Source: Bipalium vagum (taxonomy: Eukaryota). Taken from it: a DNA stretch of 40,150 nt. Location: the NCBI GenBank assembly GCA_037834085.1, contig JBBMKC010042907.1, positions 1 through 40,150 of the forward strand, in the 5' to 3' direction. Below, in pieces: positions 13,371 to 25,300 of this stretch (its first letter is position 1; each line of letters starts with the position of its first letter). Below the pieces are notes generated by a model, which did not search any database, was not told the DNA's origin, and saw only the letters and a list, made by a program, of their open reading frames with translations. The translations under genes and the position numbers were made by a program.

Positions 13371-16300
13371 CATTACAAATCGATTATCAATTTCTAATTA
13401 TTATTACTGAAAATATATTTATAATATTTTGTTAATGATTTTTAAAATTTCTTTGATTCCAGATATATTATCAATTTTATATTTTCTCGTTCTTTATAAA
13501 ATTTTATTTCCAAAATAATTTTCAATATTTCAGTATATATTGATATCGATTTTTAATTTATATTTTTAAAAAACTATTGATTTTTAAATTGTCTATTTTT
13601 CGTAGACTTTTTAATTTATTTGATACTAATTTATTGATTCTACTATATACATTATTCAATTTATATCGATTTTTTCCTGTTTTTCAACGGAACCTATTAT
13701 TTAAAAATTATTTATTGATTATTATACCCTAATAAAGTATTGTTGATTTATCCATTCAGAAATTGGTGGCTTCTGTTTGTCAATATGTGATACACGTTCT
13801 GTTGAGTGAGAACGACTGTGTTCGTGAAAAGGCCGGTTTAGTTTTGCGTCAATTATCGAAAATAACGGGCAGAAATCTGAATGCTCTGTTGCAGCCTCAT
13901 TTGCACATCGTGTCGGACATTTTGCCCCCAAGTCCACTGACGTTCAAAGCGTATCCTTTATCGAAACAGATTGCGATTTTGGTGAGTTGGCTGAAAATTG
14001 TGATTATCGATTTATTATTATTATTATTGATTAATTATTCTTATTATATTAGTTATTTGACTGCTATTGATTAATAATAATTAATATTATTATTATTATT
14101 GATAATATTAATGTCTAGGAAACGAATTACTTGTTCGGTAACCATGTCAATTGTGGAAACTGTGTCCACTATGACATGGACATTGTGAGCCATGAGAAGT
14201 TCATTTGTGAAATTCGCAACATCCTCGAATCGTCGTCGAGTTCAGAGGACGATCTGATCTTACCAGGTTCCGGTTCCGCTTCTTCTAGTGGTTCCAGTCA
14301 GGGTGTTGGCATATCAAATTTGAATCGATCCACACATGCATGTAATATCACCAATCAGCAACAGTGCACCGTTCGACAGGCATGTGCATATACCGATATG
14401 AGTACGGGTGTTGCACTGAAAGTGGCGGCGTGCAAGTTGCTGTCCACCTTGTGGTACTTGGATTCAGGCAAGGACAAGAATTTCCAGGCACTATTTAAAG
14501 GTGGGCTCACCGTTTTTAAAATTTTCTATATTCAATTCTTTTCTTCATGACAACGAATAATCAAGATTATTATTCCTATGATTATTATGTTCATCAACTT
14601 ACTAGGAACTCATCTTACTGAACGAAATAAATGTCCGTTTTCAAATATATATTTGAATAATTAATTATAGTTTCATCGGTTAATAAATTTTAGCCAATTA
14701 GTTAAGTAAAAATAACAAAATAAGTTATTCGATTTAATAATAATACCAATAATAATAATAATAAATATTAATATTAATAATTAAATAAAAATTATTATTT
14801 ATCTGAATTAATTCAAAATATTATTTATCTGAATTAATTCAAAATATTATGTATAATTGATTTTATTATAATTAAAATAAAATTGATATCAGATAATTAA
14901 AATCTGTTATTCATTAGTTTTATTTTAAAAATGTGATCAATAATCGTTAAAGATAATAAAGAATATTAATTTTAAATTTTGATTGATTGTGTTAATTATG
15001 TCTCTAAGAAATTATATGAATTAGTCAATTTTCCTGAAAATAATGTCAAAATTTATTCCATGTTCTTGATTAAAAACGATATTCGAAACATCATTGAATT
15101 CATGAAACGAATCGATTATTTCAGCAATGTGCTCAAAAGACACTGAGGTGCACGAAACAGCCTTTAAAAGTCTCCAGGAATTCCTGAGCCACACAAATGT
15201 CAGTCTGGAATTGCGCAATTCCAACCTGAAACCACTATTGACCACGTTTCGTGAAAATTATTCTATCTCCACCAATCGCCAATTGTATTATTGTGCTCGC
15301 TTGTTCCACGCCAGCTTTAGTGAGCGAATGTGCGAGAGTCTGCTCGTTGTATGATTTCTTTCGTTTCTCCTTTGCAGAGTACATTGATTTTTAACGATTT
15401 ATTGTTTTCCAGACTAAAGTGAAGCCCGTCCTGGACATCCTGTATGAGAAGTTTGACAAGAACGGTTGCATTGACACTGAAAACGATGAGGTTTTCCCAT
15501 AAGTTCATTTCTCTAAATTTTTTTCTCTTATCTACGTGAAAAAACTTTTTTAAAATAATTTTTTACCTTAGAAATTTCAACTACTCATCAAAACCGTAGA
15601 ACTGTTCCACGTTCTCCACGCTGCTTCCAACAAATACGTGCAGTCCTTGTCGGAACTGGTGCTGAAAGTGGAACAGAGAATTTACTGCTACTCGACCAGT
15701 CAATTGAGAAGACCGCTTGTGCTCTATTTGGCCAAATGTCCAGTGGAAACCGTCAAATTGTTTTTGCAGACCCCTAATTTTGTCGAAGATTTCTATGCCA
15801 ATAATTTTTTCGTTGTGAGCAAACCATCTTTTTTACCCATCGCTTTTATTATAATAATTATTGATTTTATTTATTTGTGTAATATTATTACAAGGATTTT
15901 GTCATTGATCATTTTAATATTATTATTACTACTGATTTATTTTTCATTGATTTTACTTCCTTGTATATTATTATTTTTTAATATTTTCTGAAAATCGATA
16001 TTTTCCAATAATATCGATTATCGATCACAATTACGAATTAATCAATGTAATATGATTAATATAGTGAAGAATTTTTAAAAAATTAATTTGAAAAATAGTT
16101 GTCAATCTTTTAAAAATTGACATTGATTTTAATAAAATTTTTATTGATTATTTCAATGATTTGATTTTTTCGTCTGGATAAAGACTTTGCATTTTATTAA
16201 AACGTCGAATTCACGTTTCTTTAAAATTTGAAATCAATTCGGTTTTTAGTATTGATATTTTAAAAAAGAAAATTTTCAAAATCAATAAAACTGTTTGATT

Positions 16301-19300
16301 GTATTTGTAGGAGATTTATTAAAAGTCGATTTATCACATTACTCAAAATAAATTTTATGTTGTCATTATTGATTTTGTTAAAATATATTTACTTAATAAT
16401 TATTAATCATTGATTAATTTAAAGGAACGTAATTCTAATTAGTATTCATTATTTACATTTATTATATTCTACAAGATTTTTTAAAAACTGATCTCCTTTA
16501 TTGATCGAATGATTTTTTTTCCATAGGATTGTTTGGATCTGAAAGAAGCGAAACCAATTCGCGACTATTTACAGAACAATGTCGATCTGATTATCGATTT
16601 ATTGAATAAAAGGCACTCAAGCTCGGACTCCTCTTCCTGTAACATGGATAAATTGAAAGACAACTCCACTGAAATTGCTGCAAATATTCCATGTATATAT
16701 ATTTTTATCGATCGTTTTATGTTTCAAAAATTTATTTTTCTGTTTCTGATTTTAACTTTGTCTTCAAATTTCACGCACTCATCGTTAGATTACAACCTTC
16801 ACCATTTGGCCATCAAAATTGTCGATCGCCTTGCTAAATGGAATTCGGCTTGGTGGCTCAATTCCAAGCGACTGGTCGAAGCCGTCAATCGATACTGGTG
16901 CTCAACGGATTTTCAAAACCGATTGATGAGATTTGACAAAATCCATTACAGCCACTGGAAGGACATCGACACAATTCTCGACCTGCTGATGCGATATATC
17001 GAGTAAGAATGCTTCGCTGTAATTTTCTAAAATATTGATTTTTCAATATTATTATTAATCTAATTATTATTATTTTTTTTATTATTTTTATTGATTTCTA
17101 GTATTTTTTTTCATTTAGTCTTAAACGGCTATTGATTGTTTTATCTAATAACTATTTTTCAAATAAAGTAACTTAATTTGTTTTATTAATTTTTAAAAAT
17201 TGATTTCTTAATTATTATTATTTGAAAGTCGTTTCCTTCATTATGTATCAATAATGAAATTTGGATTGTTATACTATCGATCTAATATTATTATGATCAC
17301 CAACTCTTGTTAACACATGTTAATTATTGATTATTTTTTATTGTCCTTTAAAGTAAAAGACAAAAAATATTATTAATTGAGAAGAAAGGTTTTTAAGGTC
17401 TCAATATCATTAGAGATAATTTTGTTTTTTTCTTGCAAAGCTCTATTAAAATTCTTTGTTCTCTACATGTTCCCACTAACTTTCACCTATTGTCATTATT
17501 GATTCGTTTTTCAGATATTATCCCGACGCGTACGATATTCTGTTTTCCGTTGCCAGAGCATTTAAGATGCGAGCGTTGGGAAGTCTTCATAAATTGAGAC
17601 AATTTCTGACAGATCTTTATCAGACCAGAAATTTCACATGGAAACAGAATATTTTCCGTCATTATACGACCCAAGCGAGTAGTAAAGCCTTTCCTCCTGA
17701 CATTCTGTATGTTATTTTCGCACATATTATCTTGCCCGCCTGGTGTGTGGCTTTGGAAACGATGGCTCATTCATCGGACAAAATTGAACTTTTAGGTGGA
17801 CCTCCAAGACCCAATGAGGATGCAGGTGACAATTTTTTGCTCTGAGAAATAATTCAGTAATTAAGTTAAAATTTAATAATAATAAATCAAGGTTCCACTT
17901 TATATTAAATCAATAAATTATAATAGTTAAAAATCAATAATGACGTTTGATATTATTCAATAAATAAATATTTAAAAAAATAATTATAAATCAATATTAA
18001 TAATAATAACTTAAAAATGAAAAATGTATATTGATTATTTTAATAAATCATATTTAAAACTTGTTACTGGTTATATTAATACTACATTTTTAATTGTTTG
18101 AAATTATTAAAAAATATTATTATTATTAATTTATTATTGTACTTTTGTACAATGTTTAAACTTATTGGTTTTTTTATATTATTTACATATTATATACATT
18201 TGAAATATAAAGCAGATGTTGACAAGTTTCAGTTTCTTTAAAATTTCTAAAAACCTTTATTCCGGATCTAAATTTTTCAAATATATAACAAATCAATTTG
18301 TTACAACTAAGAGATTAAATTGTTTTTCCCATTCAGATGACATTGTCACCCTCTTTCTCAACAAATTAATCGATAATCAAGAATGCTGTGACGGAGGCCT
18401 CCGGGTGGCATATTGTCAGTTTTGTATATTGATTTTGGAATATGCTCCGAACTACATACACGAAATGTCCAACAAAAAGCAAGGCCACAAAGCACGAATT
18501 ATCCTGACGTTCGCGTGGCCCAGTGTCACCAATCAGCAACAATTTACGGATTTATTGGAAAAATATGTCGGCCTTCAGACCATTGCTTATTTGATCAGCA
18601 AATTCAACATCAATCGGAAAATAATCGTGCGAGTCTTCACTTGTCTGGCCAAAGGAAATTGTGTAGAACCCAAAAAAGTGATCAATGCCGCTCTGGGCGT
18701 TTTGGTCCCAGCTTGGTTGCAAAGAAAAGACGATTTGGTATTCTTTTTTTCTGTTCGCTTTGTTTTCGGATTTTATTTGGAACTTTTTCAGAATTTCTTG
18801 GTCTTGCACACGAAAAAGGTTTCCATGGACGACGTAACATCCCAGTCTCAATTACATATTGGGTAGTGTCAATTTTTTCACTTTCTGTTGTTTGTCTCTT
18901 AACAAATTCTTTTTTTCATATTTCAGGAATCTCATCGTTCGACATTCCGATATATATTATCAGGCCCGAATGCACATTTTGCCTCTTATGCAATATTTCA
19001 TCTCCAGACTCAGTACTCAAAACGTAGAATTGATTTTTTCTTTATCACTTTAATCCTTTTTACTTATTACTTTTGCTCTCTAGTTTCAGCCGGATCAGAG
19101 GAGATGTCTCTTGGACATGATTGAGCTTATTATACGTTGGGACATTCGATCGAAAGAAGAAGCCAATATGATAGGAAATACCTCAGTAACATTTAATCTT
19201 TTCTTTTTATCTCTGTTTATGTAACTTTTTTCCGGTTACTTATAAATCATCTTTTCCATAGGTTATAAGTGGCAACCCAAACACCAGCACCATCGGTTCT

Positions 19301-22300
19301 GTGGCAAGCACAGTTGGTATTTGTTCCGGCAACAGCAGCAGTTCCTTACAAGATAAATCTCTCAGTGATCAACAAAAGGAGTCATTGGCCAATCTCATAG
19401 TTCGATTGATGGTCCAGGTCGGTTATAATTGGCTGTCACAAATATCATGATCTTTACTTCAACAATCTCATTTCACTTCACAGATCTTGGACCAGAGTCA
19501 AACCAATTCCGTAATGGTTGACACCGCCTGTCGAAGGGCTTTGTTGCTCCTGGAAACGGCATTTCACCCTTTGGTGTGGGGTCCGATAAATCTCAACATC
19601 GAATCATTGTCTCGTTACTTTAAGCTGGAGCTAGGACCGGTCTTGAATCCGCAAATCCAAACTCAACTCAACAACATGTTTCTCTGTCTCGATCTACTGA
19701 CAACGTTCTTTAAACTCATGGTACGTGCTTTGACTTAAATGGATCTCCATTTTTCATATTAACGATTTTGTCTTTCATTCTCCATTGATCACCCACCTTA
19801 ATTAAGGAACCAAACAACATTCTGTTAAACATCAAATTCTTCACTAAGCCTCTTTGTGACAATCTCAACAATCCCAAAGTTGCACAGAGTCGCTTTATCA
19901 AATATTTCGGTCTCGTCTTGAAAGCACTCCTGTTGAGGTTCCCGGCCGAACCGTCCAATAAACAACGCATTACTCAATATACGGAACTGTTGGACTTGTA
20001 CAATACAGTTTTGAAGGTCATTCAAGAAGCGTTCACGAGCTATGAACAAAAGTCAGTTTTTAGTTTCTTTAATCGATTTTATTTATAATATTATTGTTTT
20101 TATTTATTATTTTTATTTTATTACTATTGTTAATTATTTTTATTATCTTATTATCGATTTTAATTCTTTTTATATTAATATTATTATTGGTTAATTTTTT
20201 ATTTTTATTATAATAATATTCTGCTTTATTTTAATATAATTATTGATTTTTCTATATTTCATTCTATTTTTTTTATTTAGTTATTCTTTATTATTATTAT
20301 TATTGCTTTTTGAAATTGTTTTTCTCTTTTCCAGACAATCTTCACAGAACTCAAATCGAGTTCAATCTGCTCTTTATTTATTAAATATTTCGCAGCAAGT
20401 CAAGCAGAACACTTTCGCTTTTGTCGATCGTTGTCTGTTACATCTCGTCAATATGGCATACAAATTGGTATCAGAAATTATCAAAAACACAAATCAAAGT
20501 GGTATGTTCCAAAATTAATTTTATATATTATTTATTATTTAAATTATTGATTTTTTTATATATTTTCCTTATTCATTATTATTATTATATTAAAATAATG
20601 ATATTTTCCTTTAATAATTATTTTAATTATTAGTAGTTTTGTCGATTATAAAATCATTTTTGACGGTTTTATTTAATAAATTTTTTATGTAGTTATTGAT
20701 CATTAAAATGTGTCTAGTGATTTTTTCCTTTGTCTCAACTTTCCTATTTTTAAATTGACCAGAAATTTTCTCGAATTTGTTCCCTCTATTAACCCATTAT
20801 TATATTAACCCATTAATTATTGATTTCCGGTTTAGAAGAAGTGGAGCAGTTGATTGGGGCCATTGAAATCATCAAAACCCGTTTCAATGTTCTTGGAGCT
20901 GATATGCGTCGAAACAAAGTCATTCGGATATTTATCGATTCTATTTACGTGGTAAAAGATGCCAAATTGTTGCGCGTCATTATGACGGCGTTGAGACACT
21001 GGATGAAATTGCCGAAACAGGAAGAACACTTTGCACCGGGAATGCGGGAGAAATCGGAGCTTTTCGTGAGACTGTGGGCCAAATATCTGAGCTGGTCAGA
21101 CAATCCGGAAATTCAAAAAGAAATTCTTAGCGTTTTGTTGCTTGTCTTCGAGAATGAGCAGTTGCAAATTGACGACACCAACAACACGTTCCAGACTGCG
21201 TTTTGCACTGGCATGGTTAGTCCGTGGACAGAGGTCAGAGAAAAATTTCTGGAATTCTATCTCGAGCCGATCCGGTCCATTAATCTTCTGGAACGGTTCT
21301 TGTTCTTGATATCAGCCAACGAATGGGATTCCAGATATTTCAAACTCGTCAATTGGATCCCGACATTTCTCGACGTTCTCCTCATCGATATCAAACTGGA
21401 TGATGATTTCAATGTAAATTTTAAATCGTTTTCTCACCATACTGGTAACGACAGTGCCATGGAGAACGATAGTGGGACTTGCAAATTGGAGGAATTGGAA
21501 CCGATGGATATCGATTTATTTAGTGGTGGTGGTGGTAGTGGCAGTGCTGATTGCACGACTAGTGGAAATGTTGGCGCTCAGATCAATGTTGCCAGTTTTG
21601 CCAATTTATCCTTGAAATCGTTGACCGATCACAATTCTCACCATTTGATGGAAATGAAATCGTCAGGCACCGTGGTGGATCGATTTTACAAAAATTCCAT
21701 TTACACATATTTTTCCTGTTCGAATAACAAACCTAATTTTTCCAATTCTTCAGTTGATATAGAATCACTCGTCTCACAACACAATCGAACGTGGAACAGT
21801 ATCAAGAAAGTGGGTCAATTACAGATTTTAAAAAGAAATTATTGATTATTTAAAATAATAATTATAATTTATCGATTTCATAAGATTCAATTCATTTTTC
21901 ACTTTAATTTGTTAATTCATTATTGATAAATTAAAATCGTAATATTTATTATTAATTTAATTGACTTCCCCTCACTCTAATTTATTGATTTATTATTGAA
22001 ATAATAAAATAATTATCTTTGATTTTTATTGATTTATGTTTGAAAATTTTTAATCGTTATTTTTTGATTTTTAAAATAATATATTTTTAGATTTTATTGA
22101 TCAATATATTTGAGTTTTAATTTTATAAATCTTACAATTTAAATATTAATTTCTATTATATTTGGCCGATTTAATTGCATTTATTAATTATTTGAATATT
22201 AAATTTTTTTTCATTTCAGGTGCAATTGACCGATATAATGTCGAGTATCTTATTAATGTGTTACAATTCACAAAAGTTGTCGAATGTTATTTTTCAAAAC

Positions 22301-25300
22301 CTATTTCCTCAACTTTGGCATCTTTTCCTCACAAAATATCCCGACATGTGGTCGATAATCAGACAAGAAATGATCCATTTTCTCTCCAATCCCAGTCACA
22401 ATCAACACATCGGCCAATGGACGCCCAACCCGATGACATGCTTTTTGGAAGCCGTGTCAAAAATCCCAAACTTGTTCAGCTGGTTTCAGGACTCGACTTT
22501 TGTGGTAAAAATGAATTATCTATCGCTTTTTAAGTGAAATATATAATTCATATTTCCCAGTTTTTGGCCTCATCTCATAATCAATGGTTTCTCGGTACAA
22601 TGATAATTGAAGACTGTCTTTATCGACCTAATCGATCGAAGAGTGTTACTTACAAACAGAATCAGCATCAAGATCACGAAAACAAGGACAAAAGTGATGA
22701 TGATGACGACACCAACAACAACGACGAAGACGAGGACGATAACAACATAGGTTACAATCCTAAAGACATCAGCGATCATCATCAGGATCACCAACAACAA
22801 CAGCATTCGGGAAACAATACCATTCTCTCTGCTTCCTCATCCTCCGCTACGAAGCACGAAGGAATCGAGTCGAATGGAATTATTTATAGACCGGATTTTT
22901 TTCTCAGCCTCAATTGTCTGTATGAGCTACTGGAGGAAGAGGACTACCAATTCGGACTATGGGCCGAGAAGTGTTCGTTTCTCACCCAGGAAATGCAGCA
23001 GAGTATGGTTCTGGCTCAACAGGGCCAGTACGACAAAGCTTTGAAAGTCAGCGTCGAAGTAAGAGTGCCGCTACCTTTTGTTCTTTTATTTTCCCTCAAT
23101 GACTCTCTTTATCTCTTATATTCCTACTTTCCAGTTCGTGGGTCAATCACTCAGCTCCAGTGTGGAATACCGAGATATTGTCACACGTCAGAAATTTTAC
23201 GACTTCAATTATCGGTTGGCAGTTTGTTTTAATACTGGTTTATGATTAGCAATTGGCTTTTAGTTTAACGCTAACTATCCCTTATCTCTTTGCTTTATCA
23301 TTTTTCAGATATCTCAAAAAATTGGGACAATGGGACATGCTTGATAAATTTCTTAACGGAGAGAACGTCAATTATTTGATCAAAGCCGAATCGTTGTGGC
23401 GCAAGGGTCAATGGAAAGAGATCATTCAGAATCACAAATTGGTATTTACTTCTTATTACTTTGAATCGATTTTAGTTTGAATGATTTATTTTATATCGAT
23501 TGATTTCTGATTTTATTATTTATTATTATTATTGATTTTATATTTTCTTATTAGTATCAATAAGTTTTTAAAAATTTCACATTTGATTCATTAATGTTTA
23601 TTTTTTGAGGATCTTTTTAATAGACCTTATTGATTATGATGACTATATTGATCCTCTATTAAAAAATAATATAATCAATATTTTATATTTCTTAATTAAT
23701 CTATTCAAAATGATTTTAATAAATGAATCCTCACTACACTTTTGAATTCGATTGATTGGATGGGTGTAGAATCAAAACAGCGTGCCCGAAATCGATAAAT
23801 GGCGCTCTCAACTCATCTATTGTTATGCTTTGATCATGAACAAGATGCCTTTGTTACCGAACAATGAAGATCTGGCCAACACTCCGCAGCTTGACAACGA
23901 GTTCAATAAAGTGACGGCATTGGTGTTGCAACAATGGAAATCTTTGCCCAACAATTGTATCATTACACCACGACACGTGTCCATGTTGCAGGCCTGTAAT
24001 CTGGCCGTCGAGGGCTGGGACGGAATGCAGCTGTTCAGTGGAAACCATCCAAACAATGTCATCAGTGAAGTGAAATCAATGGTCAAATCGTGGAAGTATG
24101 ATCGAGTTTTTCTTTGTGCAAATCTTCATCTCTCTCTTCACTCTCACTCGGATCCAGAAACAGATTTCCTCATCACAGCGACAGCTTCTCTTTCTGTAGT
24201 GATATCGTTTTGTGGAGAAAGGCTGTCTTCGACAAATTGATTCACATGACGACCAGTGCCGCCAATGATTCGTCTCGAGCGTACCGAAATGAAATTTATT
24301 TGCTTTTATTAGAGTTGGTGCGCAATGGTCGAAAACAACATCTTTCTTCATGCACTAAAAATTATGCCGACAAGTATGTTTTAAATTAATCATTAGTGCT
24401 ATGGTAATCGTTTATTAGTTTTATTTTATTTTAATGTATTTTATCAATATTTTTTTAATATTTTGTTTTTAATAATAGATTTTATTAATTATTTTATATA
24501 ATAAGATTTTATTTTATTCAGGGTATTGTTTATTTTTTATCTCTTATTATTTATTTATAATTTTGTTTTGTATATATTGTATTATTTTTTTAAAATATAA
24601 GGGAGACATCGATCAACTCGAAAAAGCACCCCTATACCGGGGGATTCCTATAATATAACAATGACCAAAGAAAATTCCCTTCTAATGAGGTGACCCTTAT
24701 AAAACAATAAATATGTTTATTTATTTTATATATTATTTACTTTAATTTGTATATTTCGTAATTTATTATTATTTAATACAAATGAAATATTTATCTTATC
24801 TGACTGGTTGATATCATGTCTGAATTGAATAGATTAAAGCAACAATTACCAGAGATGGTGTCGAACTCGTTCTCGCTCTACAAGCAGGAGTGCAAAGTGA
24901 AAATGTTCGAAGAAGGCTGGCGGCACAGTTACGTTGAGGTACAATAGCTTTCCCTTTCCTCGATTGTGTGTGTTAATCTTTGATTTGTTTGTCACAGTCG
25001 CTGGAAATGCTGGAGAATGTCGATGCTCAACGGTTCAAAGAGAAGCGTGACCTGGCCAAGTTCTACTGTTACAAAGCCATGTTGTTCTCGTACTTTAACA
25101 AGTTTGTATTTTTCTTTTTCCATTCATCGTTCTCTATGTTTTCCGATTTCGATTTTTTATATTTTTGGTTCAGGGGTGACGAAGCCACTCGGCATTTCGG
25201 ATACGCGCTGCAGATTGATCCATACAATAACAAGATTTGGAGTATTTACGCCGACTTTCTCGAGAATGTGTTCTCTAACTATCCAGGAGAGTGAGTTGAA

